A stretch of DNA of 64,000 nt, from the NCBI GenBank assembly GCA_021613535.1, contig CP075492.1, forward strand, positions 18,228,001-18,292,000, in the 5' to 3' direction. Under the pieces are notes generated by a model that was not told where the DNA came from, did no database searches, and was given only the letters and a program-made list of their open reading frames with translations. Positions 12,094 to 23,638 of this stretch are shown one piece after another. The first letter of the stretch is position 1. Each line of letters opens with the position of its first letter. The position numbers were made by a program, and so were the translations under genes. Origin of the DNA: Adineta vaga (Eukaryota > Animalia > Rotifera).

Positions 12094-13077
12094 TCAATGT
12101 CGAGAAAAATAGCGGCATGTGAGAACGCTTTTCACTCCTTGTCGAAAGGTTTTTGAGACGAGAAAATTAGTATAACAGCTAATACAAAAGGGAATATAAG
12201 CGCCGAAGCTAGCTGTACTTGCCAGAAAACTGTCGAGACGCGTTTGAACAGTACTTCTTGATTGATATTGAGTAATTTGCTGGTACATAAGAATAATAGA
12301 TGGCATCAAACTGAAGATAAGATAAATACTTACGTCAACAAGTAGGATTTGAATAAGTTGATGATCTTTCGAACGAGCAGAACGTAAAGTAGCAGCAGTC
12401 GGTACTGATTCACTTGCTAAGATATTATGAGTAGGAGCAACTCGACTGATGTACCGCACATTTTTCACTGTCCATAATCCCAAAACAAGCATGCTTAAAG
12501 GTATAAGAATTCCTTTGACAATCAATGAATAATAACTGATCAATGTTAAATAAGTGCCAAGCTGATGGAAACAAACAAAATAACCCGGTGCGAATTGTAT
12601 AATTTGTGTAAAAGCCAATGCATGACTATGGCATAGTATCCAAAATACGGTACTAGAGATAATACATTGGTAAGCAAATCGCAGAGTGCTTTGTTGCCTT
12701 GTCCGAGCATTTGTTGATGTGATCAGCACTCGATCGATAGAAGCGAAAATGAGAAAAGTGGGACTGAGCACATCGAAAAGCAGAATGGTATATATGCGAC
12801 AACGACAAAAGAGAAGATTGTATACGCCCGGATCGACATTATAACCATTTCGTAATACTGTTGACAAGAGGGATGTAAAGATAAGTAATAAATTCGCAGT
12901 ATTCACCGCCACAAAGTAAACTGAACATGGATTCTTACGCAGGTCTCTCTTAGTAAAAACAATCAGACTAATCGCACTGCCTAGAGTGCCTAAACCTATG
13001 AGAAAAGTCCCACCAAATTTATATAAATTCGTCAGAACCAATTGTAACGATGCAATGAAATCAAGTTCTGACGACAT
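12094..13077 (-). CDS. Rhodopsin-like orphan GPCR (intronless)
   Basis: Seven hydrophobic segments, LRKNPCSVYF, ASIDR, VSKTFR; ATG at 13077. Confidence 0.9.
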   Translation of the reverse strand: MSSELDFIASLQLVLTNLYKFGGTFLIGLGTLGSAISLIVFTKRDLRKNPCSVYFVAVNTANLLLIFTSLLSTVLRNGYNVDPGVYNLLFCRCRIYTILLFDVLSPTFLIFASIDRVLITSTNARTRQQSTLRFAYQCIISSTVFWILCHSHALAFTQIIQFAPGYFVCFHQLGTYLTLISYYSLIVKGILIPLSMLVLGLWTVKNVRYISRVAPTHNILASESVPTAATLRSARSKDHQLIQILLVDVSIYLIFSLMPSIILMYQQITQYQSRSTVQTRLDSFLASTASFGAYIPFCISCYTNFLVSKTFRQGVKSVLTCRYFSRH

Positions 13078-13428
13078 TCGAATTAATTTATGTAAAAAGA
13101 AATTCAATATTATTTAGTGCGCAACAATCTATCCTTCGCTTTTTTCTAACACTATTAACGGATTGTTGGTTGCATATTATGTATGCGTATATATATATAT
13201 ATATATTTATATATGATGCGCATTATAATAATTATTTTACATCTGTAAGGAAGATCGAGGTAAAAACTATAGACGTTCGTTTATTATATCTTAGAGAGGT
13301 GGATGAAAGTATATTAAAATATTTATCGTATACTTTTATGTCATGAGAAAAAGTTCATTTCGGCGTAAACTCAATGCTCTTTTAATTAACAATGACAGTC
13401 ATCGAGCATTGGACAACAGATACCCATT

Positions 13429-13470
13429 TTGAGGGTATGGGTGTGTCTTATGGTCAGAAGAATACCCACA
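13429..13470. repeat. Telomere-like inverted cassette
   Basis: ttgagggtatgggtgtg ... tacccaca. Confidence 0.7.
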
Positions 13471-14022
13471 TCACTATCACCAATGTTTTCATAGTAACTG
13501 TTTAGATCCAAAGAAAGATTAACATGATCTTAGTATTACTAAGAAGAACCAGAGAGAGAGAGAGATCTAGTTGAATTTCACCCAATTCATCTTTCTATTG
13601 GTTAACATTATCAAAGTCATTACAAATATCTTAGATAGTATAAGGTGTAGAAATATATGTAAAAACGCAATTCTGTTAAATGGTAGGCTTCAATTAAATA
13701 TATTCAAAGTATCAACAATATGAAACGTCTAACTTTCTGTCCTATATGGAAAAATTGAGCGCACTAGTACAGTCAATTTCCCAAATAACGACGCAAAATG
13801 AGTACATCATTTTGTTTTTGCTTGCGTTCATCTATTTTAAGATCGATCTCTAATAATTTTATATTTGGAAAATCTTTCGATGACGCTCTTTCTAATGATG
13901 AATATTTTGTTGAGTTTCGTCCATGTTTTGATAGAGATATCACCGGTCTACGGCAAGGAAATCTTAACATCGCTATTTAGTATCACTTCCGTAATAACGA
14001 CGGCCAGCTAATTTTCTTCCCT

Positions 14023-14082
14023 AATCTTGAGGGTGTGGATATTCGATAGATGTAATACTAACACACCCACACCATCAAGATT
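14023..14082. repeat. Telomere-like inverted cassette
   Basis: aatcttgagggtgtgg ... ccacaccatcaagatt (15/16 inverted match). Confidence 0.9.
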
Positions 14083-14575
14083 TTTGACCGTTTCAGTGAG
14101 AGAAATGCATTTGAACGCTTTTGCTTCGATTCAGAAAGAAGTTAAATTGATAATACAGACACATTTAGTCTGTGTTTCGTAGTTATACGGGAGGCATTAA
14201 TGAAGGTAATCATGGATCGATGTGATTTTCATACATACATTTTTTTTCTTTTCTACCATCATACAAGCACACCCACACTTTTTCTCTAGATGCAGCCAAA
14301 AGAAAGTGAACGATGCAGAAAAAATGACGGATATTTGCAACGCAACATATATACATACAGAGAAAGAACAATACAAAAGACACAATACTTTTCTCCTTCA
14401 CAATACTTGCGTGAGTGAAAGATGCAACAATCAATAGAATATAATACGAAATATTCGCATCTCATCCGATGATTTTAACGAAAAAAAACACGATCATTCA
14501 ACATTTAAAGTTATTCAAAACTACCAATGTAACTGTGCAAGTGAAACATATATGGTATCTCACATCTAATTGACT

Positions 14576-14620
14576 AGGGTGTGGGTCACATTACTCATTT
14601 TCAATTACACCCACACCCTC
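14576..14620. repeat. Telomere-like inverted cassette
   Basis: agggtgtgggt ... acacccacaccctc. Confidence 0.88.
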
Positions 14621-14937
14621 TATCTTTAATTAAAAGATTATTGTGTAAAATCAGTTCCTGACTAGTTTTTATTTTATCTTATTTCTTATGTGTCTGTATG
14701 AAGTATGAAATGTACTATATTCGACTCTATCATGCGTGAGTGTCATATTTAAAATTTTTTCTCTGTGTCATACGATAATGTATATAGATAGTATATTTTT
14801 TTTTCATCTTTTCTCTTTCACCGTTATTAGTGTATTTTCTTTAGATAGACGCTCCAAAGTACGTCTCATTTGAGTGAATACACGTGCAAATGAACTAGAG
14901 TGAAAGTAAAAACGGAAATAACGCAGTGATATTGAAA

Positions 14938-15909
14938 ATGTTTGGCAGCAATAATAACAAAGTAATCATATTTTCTATGATTACAATCGTTTGTTTTCTT
15001 ATGATATATATGGAGTCAAAAATAAATTATATTTCACAATTATGGGACGATCGTATTTTATTATATAATTCTAAAAGATGTGTCATTATTTTACGTGAAC
15101 TCTATGGTCGACTTGGCAATACTTTGTTTCAATTTGCTACTGCTTATGGTTTATCACGTCATCGTTCATGTCGATTGTATATTGATTCGGGATTTATCGA
15201 TGAACTCAATGAATTATTCGATATTAATTTAAGTAATCTAATAACAGAATCTCAATTGAATTATTATTTTTATTATAATCCAAATTCAACTGAAAGAATC
15301 GACAATCATTGTACATTTTATCCTCATCTATTGAATCCAAACTATACTCATTCAATCGAATTATATGCATATTGGCAAGTATATAAATATTTCATCGATT
15401 ATAGAGAACAAATCAAACAACAATTACGTTTTAAACAAACAACTTTAGATCGAGTGAATCAATTTCTCAATAAAACTATCAATAGACATAATTTAACTCT
15501 CGTAGGAATACATATTCGTCGAACTGATTTTATATTAAAAAATCGACCTATTTCATCAGATAAATACATATTTAATGCTATGTCCTATTTTCAAACTAAA
15601 TATGGTTTAGTAACATTTGTTTTTGTATCAGATGATAAACCATATTGTCAAAAATCATTTGGTCAAATAAAGAATGTTTTAATAACACCAAATACTTTCC
15701 AAGCAATTGATGATTTAGCTATATTAACTTTATGTGATCATCTTATTCTTACAGTTGGTACATTTGGATGGTGGGGTGGATTTCTTTTACGTAATAAAAT
15801 AGGTGAAATAATAACTGATTCTAAACCAGATCATTCTCCTCTCGATGTTGATTGCCGACAAGAAGATTATTTTCCACCTTGGTTTTCATTTTTGAATCAA
15901 ACTACCTGA
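14938..15909 (+). CDS. GT11 alpha-1,2-fucosyltransferase, type II membrane
   Basis: N-terminal TM; motifs GRLGN, GIHIRRTDF, VSDD, GTFGWWG; intronless. Confidence 0.92.
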   Translation: MFGSNNNKVIIFSMITIVCFLMIYMESKINYISQLWDDRILLYNSKRCVIILRELYGRLGNTLFQFATAYGLSRHRSCRLYIDSGFIDELNELFDINLSNLITESQLNYYFYYNPNSTERIDNHCTFYPHLLNPNYTHSIELYAYWQVYKYFIDYREQIKQQLRFKQTTLDRVNQFLNKTINRHNLTLVGIHIRRTDFILKNRPISSDKYIFNAMSYFQTKYGLVTFVFVSDDKPYCQKSFGQIKNVLITPNTFQAIDDLAILTLCDHLILTVGTFGWWGGFLLRNKIGEIITDSKPDHSPLDVDCRQEDYFPPWFSFLNQTT

Positions 15910-15980
15910 ATGAATTCTCAATCATAATTTATTTGATGAAGAAACGATTAAAACTCTTTCCTGTTTTTTTTTTCTAGAAT

Positions 15981-17018
15981 ATGACTGAAGATACTAACCA
16001 CCGTAGTCATAAAAATATTTATCTACTCATCGTATTTATCACCATTGGAATCTTTCTTATCTATACAGTTTGGCATTATTCATATTCTTTTTCTTATTAT
16101 AAATTTTTTTCAAAGAAATCAAATAAGAAAACAATAACAATTGTTACGGCTTATTTTCCTTTTCCAAAAGCTAAACATAGTCAATCGGATTATTTATCAT
16201 GGTTAGAAAATTTGTTCTCATTCTGTCAATCACCAATGGTTATATTTACCTCTCCTGAATTCTATCCGATTCTCTATCGACTAAGAAAAAATGGATCATT
16301 ACCATCATATTTCATTCTCGTTTATAAAACTCCTTTACAAATGCCTCCTATTACATCGCTTATATCTACTTTCGAACAACAATATCAAATAGATCCAGAA
16401 CGTGCTTATCATTCCGTTGATCTTTATGCTGTATGGTGTGCGAAATCATTTATGTTGAATCGTACTGCTGAACTCAATCCATTTCATACAAAGTTTTTTC
16501 TTTATGTGGATTCTGGAGCATTTCGATCACCAAAGTATCGATTTCAAGCATGGCCAGATGCATCCACTCTCAGTAATATATTCAATACTAATCGATTTCT
16601 TCTTGGTATGATTACTCGACTTCCCCATCGATTTTGTTCTTTTAAATATCAAATAACCAATGGTCCACTCAAAATAAATCTCTTCCAAGCTGGTTTTATG
16701 GGTGGTTCAATTGATACTATTCGTTGGTGGACTTCAGTTTTCTATGAGACAATTAATGATTATCGTCGAAGAAACTTTTTCATTGGAAAAGATCAACATA
16801 TAATGAATACAATTGCATTAGTATATGCTACTCGTATTAATGTACTTCTACCGTTTCTAACCTCATGTGGTGATGTCTGGTTTGATTTTGGACCACTATT
16901 TTCAAACAAATATGAAAGAGCGAACTTGTCATACTCGGATTATTGTCAGGAACAGAAATTATCTGAAATTGTTATTCCTTTCGATAAGATCTGTAAAAAC
17001 TTCAAAAATCTTTTATAA
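15981..17018 (+). CDS. HtrL/YibB-like putative glycosyltransferase, type II membrane
   Basis: N-terminal TM; TIVTAYF, VWCAKSFML, NPFHTKFFLYVDSGAFR, AGFMGG, IGKDQ motifs; intronless. Confidence 0.7.
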   Translation: MTEDTNHRSHKNIYLLIVFITIGIFLIYTVWHYSYSFSYYKFFSKKSNKKTITIVTAYFPFPKAKHSQSDYLSWLENLFSFCQSPMVIFTSPEFYPILYRLRKNGSLPSYFILVYKTPLQMPPITSLISTFEQQYQIDPERAYHSVDLYAVWCAKSFMLNRTAELNPFHTKFFLYVDSGAFRSPKYRFQAWPDASTLSNIFNTNRFLLGMITRLPHRFCSFKYQITNGPLKINLFQAGFMGGSIDTIRWWTSVFYETINDYRRRNFFIGKDQHIMNTIALVYATRINVLLPFLTSCGDVWFDFGPLFSNKYERANLSYSDYCQEQKLSEIVIPFDKICKNFKNLL

Positions 17019-17574
17019 TATATTGATAATGAGTTGTTTATATCAACACTTACATTCGTAAAAACCGAAGAATCTTTCTTTATGTTGTATATTTCAGATT
17101 CTATCTATGAGAATTCATCTCAGAAATTGTTTATTATTTTACAATAGCTGATTATAAATAATTCATTCTTGTAATGAACAATCAAAGCACTCTCACCCTT
17201 GAATTATACTGTCAGGAATTACAATGTTGAAATATTCGTTTTATATCCATCTTTTTAGCATTATGTAACATTCAGATACGATGAAGAAAAGTGCATTTAA
17301 TGTTTAAAATAAATGCTTTATATAGATATATAAAAATGATTTTTCGAATAATGATGTATATTTTCTGTTAAAAATATCTTTTTGCAAAATTCTGAAAAAT
17401 ATTTTATTCGTTTGATAAATATAAAATAACATTTATAATAAAAAAAAAAGAACTCGTTAATTTGCTTCTTATGTAGATAAATTAACTTATAAAAGATAAA
17501 AATAATACGTTTTATTTGATATAAAATGCAATAGTAAAAATACGTTATTTCATAATCTACAAACTATTATCATC

Positions 17575-18304
17575 ATGTCACAAACAACATTTGAACGTTT
17601 TAAATATCTGACTATTATTCATGTTTTTCATTCATTTGATCAATTCAATTATCGATTCAATATTCTCATTAGAAGCATTCCATTTGATTTAACTAATCAA
17701 AATATACAAAAGAAATTTCAATGTGAAGAAACACTTCGAAATCAACTTTACTCATTACATTTATTCAACAAAGAAACATGTTATTCAGTTCGTTTATTTA
17801 TTCTTTCACAGTTTTCACTTTTACAATTTCCTCATCTTCGTTCATTAACTTTACACAAAATAATTGAAGATTGTCATCAATAAGTGAATTATCTTGTTTT
17901 CGAATGATCGGTTGTCGTAGATTATATCAGATGATATAATATCTCAATTATCGATGTCATAATTACAAATATTGAAATCTGCAATACAATTAACATCATT
18001 AACTATCAATTTATCTCATTTAGTACGTTGGTTCGATGATGACGAATTATGCAAATATTTCAATAAATCTATTAAAAAATCGGTGATCTGTAATCGATCA
18101 TTTGACAATATTGAACAACTTGAATGTACTGCAAATGAATCGGATATTTTATTCTTAATCAAACATTTATTCAAATTAAAGTATCTAAAAATTTATAGGT
18201 GTTCAAAGAATTCTGCAATATCTTGGGTTAAAAACGAAGTAGAAAAAATAGGATTAAATGTAACTGTTGATTTCGATGACAAAATAGATTTTTTATCACG
18301 ATAA
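17575..18304 (+). pseudogene. Degenerate F-box/LRR gene
   Basis: MSQTTFE...VFHSFDQFNYRFNILIRSIP F-box-like start, FPHLRSLTL LRR, stops and deletions. Confidence 0.65.
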
Positions 18305-20130
18305 GCATAACTCAGCATCGCTGATCTTCTCTATAGTATAGTAGTCAAGTCATTGTTTATTATTAACCATTGTTTTCATTTGTTCAACCATCGCATCATC
18401 ATCATTGAAAACTAATGAGATGGTTCAGCTATTGATCATTAAAGGAAATCGTTAAGTCAGTAATATTTGTTAAAATTAGAATATAACTTAGATTATCATC
18501 TAAAACCTTATCAGTATGACAAAAGTTTCGACTAAAATTGATTATACCAACGTGTTTGAGTTGTATGGAATATGGAACATGGTTCCATTCGATAGGGAAA
18601 CAATGAAAATATCTATGTGCAAAAAATCATCGTCTTTCGATGCAAAATCGATTATTTCCATTCATAAATATCGGACAGGGTGGTCTCGTGATCAATCCAG
18701 ATGCGTAATAGTTCAGGTCGAGAACCAACGATTGTAATAAAGGATGCAAATCGATCAAATGAGAAACTACAATAACGAAGAAAAGATGTTCTGCAAGGCG
18801 GATACCATATCGTCTTTGATCAAATAAGATTTTTTCCATTTGACACTTCTATGTAAAATAATCTTGAAGATAAGGAAAAGAGCGAATTGATGTACTAAGA
18901 TCACACATTCACCATCACTGTCGAGCGCATTTGATCAGACAATAAGAAGGAGAGGAGTATAGACGAAAGCATCTCTCTTCACTTACAAGAGTTCACATCG
19001 GTGAAGATGTTAAAATTTTTGTTATATTTTTCTCTCTCATCTGTAAATTGCGACTCATAGAATTTCATAATCAACAGTAAAAAGTAAATAATTTTGTTAT
19101 TATCTAAAAAAAATAAACAAATAATGTTAATTGGTCTTATGTTTCACGATGTCCAAAATATAATTGGATTCCAAATCAAGAATCTTTATGATAATGTGAA
19201 AAACAATGGTCAAATCATAATGATTGGTATAAGAAATAATTTACTCATGATTTTTTTTTTGATTTTTAATAATGTAAAAGAATAAAAATATCGATTTCTT
19301 CTGGATTCATACGCTCTAGTTTCATTCATCTTCTTCAATGACCAAACTTCCGTTCATCAAAATCTTGGGTAAAAAGAGACATTAAGGATAGATGTGATTG
19401 AATATGTAAAAAGCCTAATTCACACCCGTGCTAACACTCTCATCCTCGACACACTTGTGATTCTGATAGAATGGCATAAAATTACATAACAATGAATTGA
19501 TCCAGTATTTGTTATAGAAGAATATACAGTTATTCAAATGATCCCTTTTTTATTTATTTAATTATCGAGATCAGTAAAAAATAATATGAGGAACGTGGAT
19601 AAGCGAGAATGTTGCTTTTGAAAGGAAAATCTCAGAGACGCCAACATCATTAAGATGGTTGGTCGTTTTTGTGTTCATACGGAATGATAAGTGAAAAAAA
19701 GCGCTTTTACTATTTTATGATTCCCACAAACTTTCAGGAAAGTGTTTTTCACTTATCACTTTCATCTCATACGTAATGACTAAAAAAAGAAAGCTTTTAT
19801 TTATTTTCCCACATTGATAGAGAAGTATTCCACACTTATTGTATATATTCATCACCAACAAAAAATATGGGAACATATTTTCTGGTATGTGTAAAGTCTA
19901 TACGCTGCTTCTTTTCATTGCTTTGATTATATCACAAAAGGAATCAGGAATATATTTACTTTTCGCTTCCTCAGCCTTCTATCTGAAGCAAAGTATGAAA
20001 AAAGATCGAATGACACTACAAGTCACTTGCGTGTGAGAAGTTTCTCGACTGTTCATATTATTTTCAGAAGATTAATTCCATTTCGATCAATTTTTAGATA
20101 TATCATTTTCATTTAATTACTAAAGACATA

Positions 20131-21838
20131 ATGTTTCGACAGTATCTGGTTCTGATGAGTATTTGTATAGTATCAACTGTAAGAGTTGGAGAAATTTTCC
20201 AAGCCATCTATGTGCAACAGTCGATGAACATCAATGCTTCGTTCATGTTTCAATTTTCAAGTAGTTGTAGCGAATGTTTATGTTACGCAATTGAATCAAT
20301 CCAGATTTATAATATTATCAATTGTGTAAAAGACACACGATGGTGTTATTTTTATACAAACTTTTCCACAAACTATACTTTTCATGCAAATAACAATGTT
20401 TCTGTTTATTTATTTCAAATACCTACGGTACCTCCGACAACAACAACAACAACAACAACAACCACAACCACAACCACAACTACAACCACAACCACAACCA
20501 CAACCACAACAAAAACAACAACAACAATAATAACAACAATGTCCTCTCCAGAAACTTCGATGGTCACAACTACAAAGGCAGCAATAACCAGTGTTGGATC
20601 CATGAGTAAGTGTTTTTTTTAAAGGTGAAGATGAGTTTGATGAGAAGAGACTTACATATGAGTATATTGAAAAAAATATTTATCACTAAAATTGACCAGA
20701 GAAATGGAGCGATCACAGGATCTCTTCTCGCTTCAGATCAGGACAAAAAATTCTTTTCAATATAATCTAGAAACTTTCTCACTGCTTGTTTATTTCAGGT
20801 ACGTATAACGCCAAAAGTGTGACTACTCAACCATTAATATCGAATGCATGGGTTCGAACACAAAATATGACAGTGGCAAGAATGTATCACACAGGAATAT
20901 ATATACCTGAAACAAACAATGTGTTAATTGCAGGTGGTTCAGGAGTTATATCGATGGAATTATTTATTTCCTCGAATAGATCATTCAGAAAGACGGTAGA
21001 TATGACACAGACAAAACTAATGCATTCAGCTGATCGCCTTGATACACATACTATTTTAATCGCTGGTAATACGACTGCTGATTTCTACGATCCTATCGCA
21101 GATATCATTAATAGAACTATGAGTATAAGTGCACCTCGTTTCTATTTTACCTCAACAGCTATCGAAGTAAATGGCACCACGAATGTATTTCTCTATGGTG
21201 GAGTTTCAACCACATCAGGAACCACTTATCTGTCAACGGTGGATGTGTATAACAGCAGCACAAAAAGTTTCTCTTTAACAAGAATGTCATTTGCTCGATA
21301 TTATCATACGGTCACAAAACTTCCCAATGGTAATGTTATTATTGCTGGGGGTTCACCGGCAAAACCTACCATTCTTAACAGCTTGGAAATGTACAATAGT
21401 AGTTCAAATTCATTTGTGAATTTGACTGCTCGTATGTCAAGTCTACGCTATTATCATAGTGCTACATACATTCCTTCACTCCAGTCAATTCTTTTCGCCG
21501 GTGGATCTTCTACCACAAGCAACAGTTTAAAAACGTTTGAATTATTCAATGTGACCACTCTTAAATTTGTACGTAATGGTACATTGCGTGAAACAAGAAC
21601 CGCTCATACAGCGACTCTTCTTAATAATGAACAAGTTCTCTTTGTCGGTGGTGATCCCGCAACGATAGCAACGGAAATTTTTGATCCAACTACATTTACT
21701 ACCCGTTATGCAGCCAATCTGTCCGTAGCTCGTAGTTATCATTCAGCAACATTACTCGGCAATTCAGGTCAAGTGCTCATTTGTGGCGGTAAAGATAGTG
21801 GCGTCGCAGTAAATAGTTGTGAAATTTACTATCCCTAA
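20131..21838 (+). CDS. Secreted Kelch-repeat protein with Cys-rich N-domain and poly-Thr stalk
   Basis: Signal peptide, CSECLC..NC..C domain, (ACA/ACC)n Thr tract, phase-1 intron 20606-20798, repeats R-x-x-H-T/S-x-T-x-L...AGG. Confidence 0.88.
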
Positions 21839-22039
21839 ACATATTCTATTCATTTATCTATTGATTTGACATTGGTATTCAACAACAGTAGATTCAAATG
21901 GTTAAGTCAAGGAGCATTGCAAGTGTGATTAATATATATCGTAAAAGATTGATTCATATAAAAATTACATAGGAAGAACTTCAAGAGTGAGTGAGAATTA
22001 CTCTTTTTTTTGTGTTTTGAAGATCTTATCATAGACATT

Positions 22040-23212
22040 TTCATTATTGATTAAAATAAACATTTATTAGATGATATACAAAATCAAACATAAATTTTTA
22101 AATATTTCTACAAAAAACGTACCAATTTTGGAAATCAAATAAGTAAATAAATGAAATTTTGATAAATATATCGAGTTATAATTATCAATGGATGATGAGA
22201 GAATTTGTATGTTAATTGATATCAATAATAGCCTCGTCGTAGTGGAAAATGAATAGTTCGCCAAGATTTTCGTATCTAAATGAATATATTCAAGTAAATG
22301 ATAAAAGATAATTGAAATTCGATCTGTTTTCCAATCCAAAGACTAATTTCATAGGATGAATTATCTATTAATAAACGATGCATTTGATAAATATTCAAAT
22401 CCATCAATTAATCGAATGAAATTTCTTCTTATAAATATAATATTGACATACGTAAATATTTTGTTGAACTTTCAATTTCTAACATTCGAATTTGTTTTGT
22501 TCGATTATTTTTTGCATATTTAATAAAATCTTCTGTTAATTTTCCATTAATTGAACACATTAAAGACAATTCTTCAAGATTATGTAAATAATATAATATT
22601 GAATATTCAGATTCTGTTTTAAGAATATGTTCACATGTAGAAGTAAAGTAAGGAAATTGTGAAAAGATAATGATTATCATAAATAAGATACCATTGTTTG
22701 GTAGAAAGCCAATATGTACTACGAAATGAATTAATATTATCAATATTGTTAATAAGAAATTTAAAATTTAATTTAATTAAATCTTTACTTAAAATTTCCC
22801 ATCGATGACTATTAATGAGATCAATATTACCTTTTAAATCCAATTCTAAATATGTTAAATTAGGTAAATCAGATAAAAAATATTCGACTCTATCCATTGT
22901 TATCGGTGTATCTAGAAATTTCCAAATAAATAATGATATTTTCTATTCTTATATGAGTATACTCACCATTTATTTTTAATCTAAGTTAGCGTAAAGAAAT
23001 ATCAACAATATTTGATGTCGTAATTTCAAGATTTATATTTAAATAAATTAATTGTGACATTTTTGATAAAATCTTTTCTAAATTTTCAATAAAACATTTT
23101 TCGTGTGTTAAACAACGAAGATTTATTGATGGACATGAACCTTGAATTTGTAAATTGAGTAAATAGTTATTATGTACTTTTAATTGTAAATATTTTTGAT
23201 TGATCAGGTGTA
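22040..23212 (-). pseudogene. LRR (F-box/LRR family) pseudogene, 5'-truncated
   Basis: LPNLTYLEL, HRWEIL, SFRSTYW, LFTIS, LEKILSKMSQLIYLNI segments with frameshifts; coding-like sequence stops at the cassette starting 23213. Confidence 0.7.
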
Positions 23213-23273
23213 TTGAGGGTGTGGGTGAGGGTGTGGGTGAAGAGAAGAGTCTTTCTTACACCCACACCCTCAA
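23213..23273. repeat. Telomere-like inverted cassette (cleanest copy)
   Basis: Perfect 15-bp inverted repeat ttgagggtgtgggtg / cacccacaccctcaa around gaagagaagagtctttctt. Confidence 0.95.
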
Positions 23274-23426
23274 GACTATAAACTTTTTTCGATCATGAGG
23301 TACTTCAAAAATGGAAAAAAGGTTTATTATACGTTGAAAATTCATAAACCTTTCTTTTCTTTAGCGATACATCCTATCTATTATTGTGAATTCTGTCTCG
23401 CGAACATGTGAAAGAAAAATTAGGAC

Positions 23427-23505
23427 GGGTGAGGGTCCGGGTGTGGATGAGGATGGATAACACTGGTGATATATATGATATACCTACCCAACACCCACAC
23501 CCTCA
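23427..23505. repeat. Telomere-like inverted cassette
   Basis: gggtgagggtccgggtgtggatgagg ... acacccacaccctca. Confidence 0.85.
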
Positions 23506-23638
23506 CACAAGAATACATGGCTCTCACTATTGGGAAGCTGGAATGTCTGTTTTTATCGGGTACGGATTATTATATATATATATATTAATGTAAAATAATA
23601 AACAATAATGTAATCTCAGACTGTCAATTATTTAATGC

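Noticed and set aside
14926-14937. GTG/TTG starts given by the ORF track for many ORFs
   Set aside because: Eukaryotic genes; ATG starts or splice acceptors explain the 5' ends
18480-19290. Coding-like fragments
   Set aside because: Multiple stops in all frames and no identifiable family
20415-20603. Poly-Val ORF on the minus strand
   Set aside because: Antisense shadow of the poly-Thr coding tract
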